A stretch of 64,000 bases of DNA from Myxococcales bacterium (lineage in GTDB: Bacteria > Myxococcota_A > Polyangia > Polyangiales > DASUME01): contig JASGJH010000001.1 in assembly GCA_047601445.1 (NCBI GenBank), positions 1,792,001 to 1,856,000 on the forward strand, in the 5' to 3' direction. Positions 20,634 through 30,274 of this stretch are shown here, one piece after another. Numbering within the stretch: position 1 is the stretch's first letter; each line of letters begins with the position of its first letter. The notes under the pieces were generated by a model. That model saw only the letters and a list, made by a program, of their open reading frames with translations. It had not been told where the DNA came from and made no database searches. Made by a program: the position numbers and the translations under genes.

Positions 20634-21092
20634 TCACTCCTCCTCGCCGAACACGCGCACGCGGTCCGCAAGGCTCAAACCCAGGGCTTCCAGGATCTTC
20701 CGCTTGGTATCCATGCGGCACCCGTAGCCCCTCTCCACGCGGTCGATCGTCAAAACCGACAAGTTGGCGCGGCGGGCGAGCTCTGCTTTGGACATCATCC
20801 GCTCGATGCGGATGCGCCGTACGTTGTTACTCGACTTCTTGGGAGTCGTGCTCGGGGTCCCGCCGGACTTGATGTCCTCGGGGGCCTCGTCTTCGTCTTC
20901 TTCTGTTTCACGTGCCGCGTCGCGCACATTGCGCGCGCCGCGAACAGCGCTGGAGGGTTCCGCGTCCGACGCAAGTTCGGCAGGTCCACCCGCGCGGTCG
21001 CTCGAGCCCATCGTGCGCGCAGTGCGCGCAGAGGAACCCGTCGCTGAACCCAGCGAGAGTGCTGCTGCGGAGACCTTGTCGTCCTGCTCCAT
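20634..21092 (-). CDS. XRE-family helix-turn-helix regulator with disordered N-terminal extension
   Basis: C-terminal NNVRRIRIERMMSKAELARRANLSVLTIDRVERG...KILEALG HTH; ends 9 bp before pilM. Start uncertain (21092 or 21110). Confidence 0.85.
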   Translation of the reverse strand: MEQDDKVSAAALSLGSATGSSARTARTMGSSDRAGGPAELASDAEPSSAVRGARNVRDAARETEEDEDEAPEDIKSGGTPSTTPKKSSNNVRRIRIERMMSKAELARRANLSVLTIDRVERGYGCRMDTKRKILEALGLSLADRVRVFGEEE

Positions 21093-21137
21093 GGTCCGAG
21101 AACCATCCACGGCGAAACCCGTGCTTCGCCAGCACTC

Positions 21138-21167
21138 AACTTATGGAGCAATAGGGCGCAACGTCAA
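21138..21167 (-). promoter_or_regulatory. Putative sigma-70 promoter of the HTH-pilMNOPQ-aroKB operon
   Basis: Minus strand TTGACG-N18-TAAGTT in the most AT-rich intergenic stretch of the window. Confidence 0.45.
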
Positions 21168-21180
21168 GCAATATTTGATA

Positions 21181-21205
21181 ATTTGCCCATCATTGATAGA
21201 CAAAT
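21181..21205. promoter_or_regulatory. 25-bp imperfect palindrome, operator candidate
   Basis: ATTTGcCcATCA-T-TGATaGaCAAAT; 10 of 12 arm positions are complementary. Confidence 0.45.
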
Positions 21206-21429
21206 GACACATAATTATAGGCAAATGATGTGTTTGCACGCGACCAAAGCGCGAGCTCACACGCCGTTCCATCTTCTCGGTTGTCAACGAGCGACCACTA
21301 ACCCCTCGATGTTCTCATTCGCGGCCCGTCTGCAGCCAAAAAACTGCAGCTCCGTTGACACCACCCCGCGTCTCACCTGGAGCGCGCAAAACGTTGAAGC
21401 AACCGCCCTTGGGCCCTACGCTGAAGCAC

Positions 21430-22476
21430 GTGCGTCGTAGCCTCCCGAAGTTTCCGCGATCCGTCGCGATCCTACTGAAATGCCTAACGATTGTGTGCGG
21501 GTCTTGGTTCATGGTCGGAACCGTGCGCGCCGACCGCAGCCACACCGTCGCGGCAGGCCAGAGCCTCGCGGCCATCGCCCGCAAGTACGACGTCACGGTC
21601 TGGTCTTTGGCCGCCGCCAACGCGATCACGCCTGAGACGCCCGTGCGCACTGGCCAAGTGCTCAATGTGCCCGATAAGGGAGTCGTTTATGTAAACGCTG
21701 GTCAGACGCTGTGGAGCGTGGCGCGCCGTCACGAGTGCACCGTCGAGGCACTCGCGAGCGCCAACGGACTGACGACCGCGTCGAACCTGCGACCGGGCAT
21801 GCGCCTGGTGTTGCCGGGACACAAGCCGAGTCCGGGCGGGGTCAAGGAACCGCGCGAGGCCGGGGGTCGCTCCTGGGGCACCCCCAAGAAGCGCGGACAC
21901 GTGACGCTCTACCGCGTGGCGACGCAACAAAACTTGGCGCTGACGCTCGTGGACAAGCGCGGGCGCGTGACGCCGAACGCCACCCAGCAGCTTTCGCGTT
22001 TCCTCCGGCCGCGCAATTCCAAGAAGACCAAGAAGCCCCAGGCGCGCCTGCTCGCGCTCCTGGCTCAGGTGTCGGATCACTTCGGCGGGCGCAAGATCCA
22101 CGTCATCAGCGGCTACCGCATGGCCGGCGGACGCACCAATGAAGAGAGCCGTCACGTGGCGGCGGCGGCCATCGACATGCGCGTCGAAGGGGTGCCGAAT
22201 CGCATTTTGCGCGACTACCTGCGGCACTTCGACGACGTCGGAGTCGGCTACTACCCCAACAGCACCTTCATCCACTTCGACGTGCGCTCCAAGAACGCTT
22301 ACTGGGTCGACCTCTCGAGCCCAGGCCAGAAGGCGGCCTACGTTCCGCGCGACGAGCGCGAGGGTTTCGAGGGCAAGACCACGGGCCTCGCAGACCTGGC
22401 GAAGTCTCTCGAGTCCACCATCGAAGACATCGACCCGCATGGAGAGCCGGACGAGGTCCAGGCGGACGACGAGTAG
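21430..22476 (+). CDS. LysM-domain / peptidase M15 (YcbK/MepK, DUF882-like) peptidoglycan hydrolase
   Basis: Two LysM repeats (HTVAAGQSLAAIARKY...GQVLNVP; VNAGQTLWSVARRH...GMRLVLP) and M15 motifs ISGYR, SRHVAAAAID, GVGYYP, FIHFDVR. Start uncertain. Confidence 0.88.
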   Translation: MRRSLPKFPRSVAILLKCLTIVCGSWFMVGTVRADRSHTVAAGQSLAAIARKYDVTVWSLAAANAITPETPVRTGQVLNVPDKGVVYVNAGQTLWSVARRHECTVEALASANGLTTASNLRPGMRLVLPGHKPSPGGVKEPREAGGRSWGTPKKRGHVTLYRVATQQNLALTLVDKRGRVTPNATQQLSRFLRPRNSKKTKKPQARLLALLAQVSDHFGGRKIHVISGYRMAGGRTNEESRHVAAAAIDMRVEGVPNRILRDYLRHFDDVGVGYYPNSTFIHFDVRSKNAYWVDLSSPGQKAAYVPRDEREGFEGKTTGLADLAKSLESTIEDIDPHGEPDEVQADDE

Positions 22477-22497
22477 CCGCTCCGGCGTGAGCAGCCG

Positions 22498-25400
22498 TCA
22501 GAGAATACCGAACTCGGAAAGCCGGCGGTAAAAGGTTCGACGCGGCATGCCCAACGCGGTGGCCGCCTTGACGCGGTTCCAGCCGTGGCGCTCCAGCGCT
22601 TCCAGGATGCGCTGGCGCTCGCGCTGCTTGAAGCCGCGCACGTCGTGGGGTCGATCGCTGGGGGAGGCTTCGACCAGCTCGCTCGGCTCGAGGCCATCGG
22701 CGCCCATCTCGGTGGCGTCGGACACGTCGGCGTCGGGGGCGTCCAACGCGGGGGGCTGAACCAGGGACCCGTCGCTCCAGGGCAGGTCGCGCACGTCGAT
22801 GCTGGGGCCCTCGGTCATCATCGCCGCGCTCAGCAGCATGTGCTCGAGCTGGCGGATGTTGCCGGGAAAGCTCTCCTGCGTGAGGCGCTCGAACACGGCG
22901 CGGGTGAGGCGCTTGGCCCGACCGCCGTGCTTGGCGGCGATGCGGGCGAGCAGGTGCTCGCACAAGAAGGGCAGGTCTTCTCCGCGCTCGCGCAACGGGG
23001 GAAGGCGCACTTCCACCACGCTCAAGCGGTAGAACAAGTCCTCACGCAAGCGCTTCTCACGCACGAGCTCGGAGAGCGGCCGGTTGCTGGCGACGATCAC
23101 GCGCACGTCCACCGCGAGGTCCTGATCCGAGCCGACCGGGCGCACCCTGCCCTCCTGGAGCACGCGCAAGAGGTCGAGCTGCATGCGCGGTGGGATGTCG
23201 GCGAACTCGTCGAGGAACAGCGTGCCGCCCTGGGCCAGCGCGAACAGCCCCTTCTTGTCGCGGTCGGCACCGGTGAAGGCACCGCGTACGTGCCCGAACA
23301 ACTCGCTCTCGATGAGCGACTCTGGCAAGGCGCCGCAGTTCACCGCCACGAAGGGCGCGCGATGGCGGGCGCCGGCGGCGTGGATGGCCCGCGCCACGAG
23401 CTCCTTGCCCGTACCGCTCTCGCCCTGGATCACCACCGAGACGCTCGAGTCGCGCACGCGGTCGATCAGCGAGAACACCCGCTGCATGGCCTGGCCGTGT
23501 CCGATCATGCCGTGCTTGAGTGCGCTCTCGGTGAGGGCCGAGCGAGCCCCAGACAGCGCGCGCTGCGCGTGCTCGAGCTCCTCGGTGCGCGCCTCGAGCA
23601 GGCGCTCCATTTCGGCCTTGGTGCTCTCGAGCTCGCGGTTCTTGTGCTCGAGGGCGATCCGACGCCGCTCGTTTTCTCCCCACAGGCGGGTGTTCTCCAG
23701 GGCGATCGCGGACTGATCGGCGAAGGCCATCAGCAGGTCCACGTCTTCGTCCTGGAAGCGACCGGCGCGCATGCGGTGCTCCAGATAGAGCACGCCTTCC
23801 ACGCGCTCGGGCCCGCGAATCGGCACGCAGGCCACGGACTTCAGCATCAGCTTGTGCACCGACATGAACTCGTTGACGCGTCGGTCGTCGCGAGCATTGA
23901 CGGTGACGATGGGCTCGCCGTCGATCAACACGGCCTCCGCGATGGAGCGCGAGAACGCGACGCTGGCGTCCTGCTCGCGACCGACGCTGGCTCGCACCGT
24001 GTGAGGCATCAGCTGCTCACGTTCGTCGAGCAGCAGCACGAAGCCCCGCTCCGCGCCCGAGAGCTCGACAGCGGCGTCCGTGATGCGCTCGAGCAGGCGA
24101 CTCAGGTCGCGCTCGCGGGCTAGCCTCTTGATGATCTCGAGCAGGCGCTCGAAGCGCGGATCGACCCGGCCGGAGCGGCTGGCGCTCGCGGTGGTCTCGA
24201 AGCGTGAGGCCGTCAAAGAAGCCGTGGCGGTGGCGCCGTCGATCACAGCCCGACGTCGCGGATCGGCACGGAACCCGTCGCGCGCCTCACGCGGAACCCT
24301 GGCGGCTTCGCGCTCGATGATCTCGGCCGCGTCGAGCAGGCAGCGGCGCGCCAGAACCTCCGAGCCGAGCGCGCGATGCAGCTGGGCTTGAGCCGTGAGC
24401 ACCTGCCACCCCAGTTCGCGTTCGTGCTCTTTGAGCTCCACCTTGGCCAGACGCTCGAGGTCGCCCAGCGCACCCTCGATGTCACCGTTGGCCGCGCGCG
24501 CGCGTGCCAGCAGCAGCTTGAGTCTCGTGCGCATGTCTTCGATGCCTTCGGACTCGACCAGGCTACGAGCCCTCGCGAGGCGCGCAGCGGCTGCGGAGGC
24601 ATCGCTCGCACCGGAGCGATCGAGGAGACACTCGGCGGTATCGAGGCACACTTCGGTGAGCTCGCGCTTGCGCGCCACGCGCTCGAAGTGCCCGGCAGCA
24701 GCGTCGTAGCGTACGAGGGCACCCTCGGTCTGGCCTTGGCGCGCGGCGACGTCACCCAGGATTTGGAGGGCCTGGGCCTTCTGCGCCTCGATCTGCCACT
24801 GCTCCGCGTCCGCCAGCGATGTCTCCGCGATGGCCCGCGCCCGCTCGAACGCGCCCAAGTAGAGGTGCAAGAACGCCAGGTTGTTTTGCGCCATGATCGC
24901 CATGGCGAAGCGCCCTGCCCTGCGCAGCCAGCGGCCCGCCAGGGCGTAGTGCTCGGCGGCCACGTCGGTTTGCCCGAGTCGATGGCTGATCGCCCCGTAG
25001 TTCGACGCGAAGGTTCCCATCAGACCGACGTCCCCTGCGACGCGAGATGCCGCCAGGGCGCGCTGGTAGGTGGCGACGGCGGCGGACAGCTCACCCGCCC
25101 GGTCGTAGGCCATGGCCTGATAGCCGAGCACTTGGGCTCGTTCGCGCTCCAGACCGAGCTCGCTGGCCAGCCCGAGCGCCTGCTCGAAGCGAGCCTCGGC
25201 CTGCGCGCGATCACCGCCCATGCTGATGAGCCAGGCCTCGATGGCGAGTAGCTCGGCGCGCGCGGCATCGCGGGACGGCGCGGCTGCCAAACCGGCCTCC
25301 ACCACCCTGCCGGCCTGCACGCGATCACCGCGTCGCAGGTGGACGCGCGCGAGCTCACGGCAAGCAGGAGCAAACAGCGCGCCCGAGCTGGCCTCGGAGA

Positions 25401-27579
25401 GCTCGGAGAGCACTTCGGCCGCAGCATTCAGATCGCCACGCGCCACGTGCGCCCGCCCGCTGACGAGCCGAGCACGTGTCCGCAGCTCGAGCGCCTGCCC
25501 CGCGTCCTCCATCAACGTTCGCGCGGTGGCGAGGCATGCCTCGAGCTCACCCAGGCCCTCCTCCAGCTCGGCGGCGGCCAACTGCAACTGCCCGCTCAAC
25601 GCACCTCGCGCTGCCGGCAGTCCGGCGCGCGCGAGCACGAGCGCCTGATGGGAGAGCCCCGCTTGCCGCAGCAAATTCACGGCCGCATTCACGGTCTTGC
25701 CGAAGCGCATGCGGTCGCCCGCCGCGACACACAGCTCGGCGACCAATGGCGCGGCGAGCTCTGCCGCTGCCGAACCTTCGAGGACTCGCTTGGCCAGCAC
25801 CGCCAACGTCTCGCCCCCGCTGCGTCGGACCCACTCGGCGAGCACGCTGTCGGTCGGCCACATGCCCGCGCCACTCTCGCGCAGAAGGCGCGCCGCCACG
25901 AGCTCGACCCGGGTCTGAGGCCACGCCTCTCCCAGCAATCCCGCCACGACTGACTCGGGGATTCCGAACTCGGCTGTGGCGCGCGCCGCGACGAGCACCA
26001 GGAACGCGCTGCGCGCCGGCGGCGAGAGCTGCTCGAAGCGCTGCCGCAGCAGGCCAGCGCCGATCTCGCCGGCCGGTAGCTGAGAGACTTCCTGCGCCGT
26101 GATCTCGGGACGCGCGAAGACCAACGCGAGCGCTTCGACGAGGAGCCCCGGATTGCCAGCCGCATGATCCACGAGGGCCTCGGCGAGGGCCGGTTCCACC
26201 GAGCCGAGGCAGTCCCGCACCAGGGCTCGCTGCACTTCGCCACCGAGTGGCGTGAGCTCCCACGTGCGTGGTGCGGGCAAGGCCTGCAACCGGGATCCGT
26301 CCGAAAGAGAGCTGGTAGCGACGATGGCTGCAGCGTCCGCGCCGAGCTCGCGCAGCGCCACGCCGAGTGCGCGCACGAAATCGAGATCGGCTAGCTGGAG
26401 ATCGTCGATCAAGAGAACGGGGCGGCTCGTCGCGCCGGCAGCACCGAGCGTCGACACCAGCTGCTCTACCGGATCGCTCGACAGGCTTCCCGCCAGCTGC
26501 CCCCCCAGGGTCTGCGACGCAAGCTGCGCCAGCCCGGGGCTCGCTTCGCCGCCAAAACGCAGCTCGAACACGCTGCGTCCCGAGAGCTGCAGGCGCCACT
26601 TGAGCTCCCGCAGCGTGCAGCTCTTGCCCATGCCGCGTGCGCCGAGCACCACCTGCGTGGAGGGCTCGGGCGATGCCCCCTCGAGCGCCTCGAGCAACTC
26701 CTCGCGGCCGCGCGGACGCGGAGGCGTGAAGAGCGGCGCGCTGCTCACGCCGCGAGGACGGCTCGAGCGTCGCAAGGCACGCTCCAACATGGCGGCCAGC
26801 TCATCTGCACTGGCTGCGCGCTGACGTCGATCTGGCGCGAGACCGCTGAGTGCGGCTTGAAGCAAGCTCTCCCGCAGGCCCGTAGCAGCTTCGTGCCGGG
26901 GCAACTCACCGCGCAGCTTGGCCTGCAACGCGGCGCCGCCGAGCTCAGCGAAGGGCGGCCGTCCCGTGGCGAGCGCCCACACGGTGGCCCCGAGTGCATA
27001 GACATCGCTCGCCACGGTCGGCTCGCCGCCGTGGAAGAGCTCCGGCGCCATGAACAGAGGCGTGCCGCTGCCGCTCAATGAGCTCTCGAAGCGATCGCCC
27101 ACCCCCACCCGCGATGAGAGCCCGAAGTCGATCAGGTTCGGCCCATGCGCGGCATCGACGATCACGTTCGCGGGCTTCAAGTCGCCGTGCACGATCCCCG
27201 CGCGATGAATGCTCGAGACCACTTGCAAGGCGCGCACGAGCAGGGCTACCGCTTGCTCCAAAGGCTGCTCGCTCGCCCACGCGTCGAGCGGCTTTCCGTC
27301 GACAAAGGCGCGCGTGAAGAAGGGCCCCGCAGGAATCTCTTGGCCCTCGGGCATGACGCCGAGGTCATAGACTTGGGCGACGCCCGGTAGGCTCAGCGAT
27401 GACAGCAGCGCGAATTCGCGCACGAACGAATTGCGAAACGCCGGGTCGCTCGAGCGGTCCAGGCCCTTGAGCGCGATCGGTTGCCCGCCGTGAAGGCAGT
27501 CCTCCACGAGATACACGCCCCCGGCTGCGCCGGAGCCGACGCGGCGCAGGTAGCGATAGCGGGCTGGTCGTTGAGCCAC
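22498..27579 (-). CDS. Ser/Thr kinase - P-loop ATPase - TPR - GAF - sigma-54 enhancer-binding (AAA+/Fis HTH) fusion, 1693 aa
   Basis: Kinase motifs GSGAAG, HGDLKPAN, DFG, MAPE; Walker A/B GARGMGKS and LLIDD; GAF (SRSIAEAVL); bEBP motifs GESGTGKE, GAFTGA, LFLDE, LREDLFYRL, PGNIRQL; HTH AATALGMPRRTFYRRL. Confidence 0.93.
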   Translation of the reverse strand: MAQRPARYRYLRRVGSGAAGGVYLVEDCLHGGQPIALKGLDRSSDPAFRNSFVREFALLSSLSLPGVAQVYDLGVMPEGQEIPAGPFFTRAFVDGKPLDAWASEQPLEQAVALLVRALQVVSSIHRAGIVHGDLKPANVIVDAAHGPNLIDFGLSSRVGVGDRFESSLSGSGTPLFMAPELFHGGEPTVASDVYALGATVWALATGRPPFAELGGAALQAKLRGELPRHEAATGLRESLLQAALSGLAPDRRQRAASADELAAMLERALRRSSRPRGVSSAPLFTPPRPRGREELLEALEGASPEPSTQVVLGARGMGKSCTLRELKWRLQLSGRSVFELRFGGEASPGLAQLASQTLGGQLAGSLSSDPVEQLVSTLGAAGATSRPVLLIDDLQLADLDFVRALGVALRELGADAAAIVATSSLSDGSRLQALPAPRTWELTPLGGEVQRALVRDCLGSVEPALAEALVDHAAGNPGLLVEALALVFARPEITAQEVSQLPAGEIGAGLLRQRFEQLSPPARSAFLVLVAARATAEFGIPESVVAGLLGEAWPQTRVELVAARLLRESGAGMWPTDSVLAEWVRRSGGETLAVLAKRVLEGSAAAELAAPLVAELCVAAGDRMRFGKTVNAAVNLLRQAGLSHQALVLARAGLPAARGALSGQLQLAAAELEEGLGELEACLATARTLMEDAGQALELRTRARLVSGRAHVARGDLNAAAEVLSELSEASSGALFAPACRELARVHLRRGDRVQAGRVVEAGLAAAPSRDAARAELLAIEAWLISMGGDRAQAEARFEQALGLASELGLERERAQVLGYQAMAYDRAGELSAAVATYQRALAASRVAGDVGLMGTFASNYGAISHRLGQTDVAAEHYALAGRWLRRAGRFAMAIMAQNNLAFLHLYLGAFERARAIAETSLADAEQWQIEAQKAQALQILGDVAARQGQTEGALVRYDAAAGHFERVARKRELTEVCLDTAECLLDRSGASDASAAAARLARARSLVESEGIEDMRTRLKLLLARARAANGDIEGALGDLERLAKVELKEHERELGWQVLTAQAQLHRALGSEVLARRCLLDAAEIIEREAARVPREARDGFRADPRRRAVIDGATATASLTASRFETTASASRSGRVDPRFERLLEIIKRLARERDLSRLLERITDAAVELSGAERGFVLLLDEREQLMPHTVRASVGREQDASVAFSRSIAEAVLIDGEPIVTVNARDDRRVNEFMSVHKLMLKSVACVPIRGPERVEGVLYLEHRMRAGRFQDEDVDLLMAFADQSAIALENTRLWGENERRRIALEHKNRELESTKAEMERLLEARTEELEHAQRALSGARSALTESALKHGMIGHGQAMQRVFSLIDRVRDSSVSVVIQGESGTGKELVARAIHAAGARHRAPFVAVNCGALPESLIESELFGHVRGAFTGADRDKKGLFALAQGGTLFLDEFADIPPRMQLDLLRVLQEGRVRPVGSDQDLAVDVRVIVASNRPLSELVREKRLREDLFYRLSVVEVRLPPLRERGEDLPFLCEHLLARIAAKHGGRAKRLTRAVFERLTQESFPGNIRQLEHMLLSAAMMTEGPSIDVRDLPWSDGSLVQPPALDAPDADVSDATEMGADGLEPSELVEASPSDRPHDVRGFKQRERQRILEALERHGWNRVKAATALGMPRRTFYRRLSEFGIL

Positions 27580-27735
27580 GCTCCAACCCTAGCCGAGCCA
27601 GGCACACATTGGCAATCCGGCACATAGAAGCACACGTCAATAAGCTCGCTGCGCCAGATTGTGCCAACAATCGACAAACGAGACCGCCCGGCGCCGCGGA
27701 GGGCCAGGCTCGAACTCCCACAAATGCCCGTGAAC

Positions 27736-28950
27736 TCAGCGCTTGGGACGCGCGAGCACGATCGGCGGTGCCTCTTCGACGAGCAGGTCGTCGTCGAGCT
27801 CGAGCGGCAGGAGCAAGGCCTGGGGGGCCTCCTCGAGCTCGACCATGTCTTCCACGACCGGTTCCAGAGCAGGTTCGCCGCGCAGGGCGTGGAGCTCATG
27901 GAGGTGCGCGCGACCATGGCGGCCGGCGACCGCTGCAGACTGCGGCGGCTGATTCGAAGGGGGATGCCGCACCGCATTGCCCTGGCTCGGCGTGATCGGG
28001 ATCGGCCGATAGGAGCCGTGCCCGCGAGCCAGACGCTCGTCCTCACGGAAGACCTGCTGATAGTAGCGAGCGAGCGCCTGATGGTTGGGGCTCACGCCGG
28101 TGGACAACGCGTAGTCCTCCAACGCGTGGGCGAGGTGGAGCGCGCTCGGATAGCGTCGCCCGCGATCGCGGGACAGCGCCGTGAGCACAATGAACTCGAG
28201 CTCTTGCGGATAGCCCGGCACCCAGTGGCTCGGCGGTGTCACGTCGCGCTCGACGATCGCCGTCATCACCTCGATCTCACCGCCATGAAACAGACGGCGG
28301 CCGGTGGTCAGCTCGTAGAGCATCACGCCCACCGCGAATACGTCGGAGCGCTTGTCGATGCGCTGCCCGCGCACCTGCTCGGGCGCCATGTACGCGAGCG
28401 TGCCCTTGATGGTGCCGCTATGGGCCTCGTCGCGCGCCGTGTGGGCCACGCCGAAATCCAGCAGTTTTGCGAAGCCGTCGGGCGTGATCATCACGTTGTG
28501 GGGCGTCACGTCGCGGTGCACGATGCGCATCGGGCGACCTTCGTCGTCGTTGCGCTCGTGGGCATGGTGGAGCGCATCGCAAAGCTGCTCGACCGCGCTC
28601 ACCACCGCGTCGAAGGGCATCGGGATGCCTTCGCGGGCTCCGGCAGCACACAGCTCGGCCAGCGTGAAGCCGGGCACGTGCTCGATCACCAGGTACCAAT
28701 GCCCCTCGGCGTAACCGAGGTCGTAAATCTGCGGGATGTTCGGGTGGTTCAGCGCGGACAGTACGTGCGCCTCGTCCTGGAACATCCGCACGGCCTCGGG
28801 GTGGTGCGCGAGATGCTGGAACAGGCGCTTAACAACCACGCGACGACGGAACCCTGCCTCGCCGGAGTACTCGGCAAGGAACACCTCGCCCATGTTGCCG
28901 TTCGCAAGCTTTCTCTGCAGTCCGTAACGGCCGACTGCTTCGACCACCAT
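27736..28950 (-). CDS. Serine/threonine protein kinase (cytoplasmic)
   Basis: LANGNMGEVF, VVVKR, HRDVTPHN, DFG, GTLAYMAPE, SDVFAVG. Confidence 0.93.
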   Translation of the reverse strand: MVVEAVGRYGLQRKLANGNMGEVFLAEYSGEAGFRRRVVVKRLFQHLAHHPEAVRMFQDEAHVLSALNHPNIPQIYDLGYAEGHWYLVIEHVPGFTLAELCAAGAREGIPMPFDAVVSAVEQLCDALHHAHERNDDEGRPMRIVHRDVTPHNVMITPDGFAKLLDFGVAHTARDEAHSGTIKGTLAYMAPEQVRGQRIDKRSDVFAVGVMLYELTTGRRLFHGGEIEVMTAIVERDVTPPSHWVPGYPQELEFIVLTALSRDRGRRYPSALHLAHALEDYALSTGVSPNHQALARYYQQVFREDERLARGHGSYRPIPITPSQGNAVRHPPSNQPPQSAAVAGRHGRAHLHELHALRGEPALEPVVEDMVELEEAPQALLLPLELDDDLLVEEAPPIVLARPKR

Positions 28951-29144
28951 GCACGGGAGTGTAATCGCAGCCGGCCCGATTCGCGATACTCCTTAGGTTT
29001 GCTGGCCCCAAAGAAACGCGCGCACAATGTGGGCTCCGCTACCGACCCGCCCCGGGATCCGCGCTTCCACTACGCAGCTGTCCACGGCGAGGCTACAAAG
29101 TCCGGCGCTCGGGATCCGTCGAACCCCCCGGGCCAGGAACGGAC

Positions 29145-29990
29145 ATGGGGTTGTTTAGCGACAGGGCTTACGTGGTGGTCGGGGGTGGACGTGGCATCGG
29201 ACGCGCCACGGCGCTCGCGCTGGCTCAACACGGCGCCCGGCTGGTCATCGACGACGTCGGGTGCGACGCCAATGGCGAGGGCCATGATCCGAATGTCGCT
29301 GCCGAGGTGGCCGCCGAGATCCGGAGTCGCGGAGGGGAGGCGCTGGCTCTGTCGCTCGACGCGCGCACCCGGGATACCCCGCAGCGGCTCGTGGAGGCGT
29401 GCACCAAGGCGTTCGGCGTGGTGAACGGCGGCCTCTACTGCGCAGGCTTCACGCGCGAGCGGGCCCTCCTACGCATGAACGACGAGGACCTCGACAGCCT
29501 GCTCGACGTGCAAGTCCGGGGAGCCTTTCGTTTTACGCGCGATCTGGGCCGAGCCCTGGTCGACCAGCGACAGGGCGGCAGCATCGTGTTGTGCAGCTCC
29601 AACGCCGCCTTCTTCGGCAGCGCGGCCCAGGCCGGAGCGGCCGCAGCGGCTGGTGCAGTGGCCAGCCTGGCGCGCACGGCAGCCACTGAACTGCGCCGCC
29701 AGGGCGTCCGCGTCAACTGCGTGATCCCCACCGCGCGCACGCGATTGACCGAACATCTGCCCCTGTTTCGCTCCATCAAGGCTGATTCCCTCAGCGCCGA
29801 ACATGTCGCGAGCGTGATAGGGCACCTGCTCTCCGATGCCGCGCAGGACGTGCATGGCGAGCTTATCGGCGTGGCCGGTGGTCGGACCTACGCCTTCCGC
29901 ATGAGCGAAACGAGCGGGCTCTTCCGTGAAGGCCCGCCCGTCGAGTGGGGAGATTTGGCAGCCGGATGGCGTGAAGTTACACGGACCTAG
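29145..29990 (+). CDS. SDR-family oxidoreductase-like protein lacking the catalytic YxxxK
   Basis: GGGRGIG Rossmann motif, ARLVIDDVG, GVRVNCVIPTARTRLT. The catalytic segment reads QAGAAAAAG. Confidence 0.88.
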   Translation: MGLFSDRAYVVVGGGRGIGRATALALAQHGARLVIDDVGCDANGEGHDPNVAAEVAAEIRSRGGEALALSLDARTRDTPQRLVEACTKAFGVVNGGLYCAGFTRERALLRMNDEDLDSLLDVQVRGAFRFTRDLGRALVDQRQGGSIVLCSSNAAFFGSAAQAGAAAAAGAVASLARTAATELRRQGVRVNCVIPTARTRLTEHLPLFRSIKADSLSAEHVASVIGHLLSDAAQDVHGELIGVAGGRTYAFRMSETSGLFREGPPVEWGDLAAGWREVTRT

Positions 29991-30032
29991 GTCTGGCCTT
30001 CACGAAGCACGGCTGGCGCGGCGCCCGGCCGC

Positions 30033-30206
30033 TCAGGTCCCAAACAGGTCGATGATCACGACGCCGCGGTTCTTGTCCTCGGACTCTTCCTGCGGATCGT
30101 GTGGCCTGGCGGGGGGCACCGGCAGCTCGAGGTATGGCTGAGGCGCATTGCGGCGCTCGCGCTCTTCTCGTTGCCGAATCTGCTCGATGATGAACGGCGG
30201 TAGCAT
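30033..30206 (-). CDS. Small 57-aa protein (below the ORF-track cutoff)
   Basis: MLPPFIIEQIRQREERERRNAPQPYLELPVPPARPHDPQEESEDKNRGVVIIDLFGT*; AGGAG SD 6 nt upstream of the ATG; sigma-54 promoter upstream. Confidence 0.8.
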   Translation of the reverse strand: MLPPFIIEQIRQREERERRNAPQPYLELPVPPARPHDPQEESEDKNRGVVIIDLFGT

Positions 30207-30257
30207 CGCTCGCTCCTAACCACCCTCGCGGGTACCCTGAGCCTAAGCTCAACTCAG

Positions 30258-30274
30258 TGCAATCGCAGTGCCAG
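30258..30274 (-). promoter_or_regulatory. Sigma-54 (-24/-12) promoter
   Basis: Minus strand CTGGCACTGCGATTGCA matches TGGCAC-N5-TTGCA with exact GG-N10-GC spacing, ~50 nt upstream of the small ORF. Confidence 0.75.

Noticed and set aside
21120..21350. AT-rich patch as a horizontally acquired island or replication origin
   Set aside because: Only ~200 bp, between divergent genes, with no DnaA-box cluster or mobility genes. Consistent with a promoter region.
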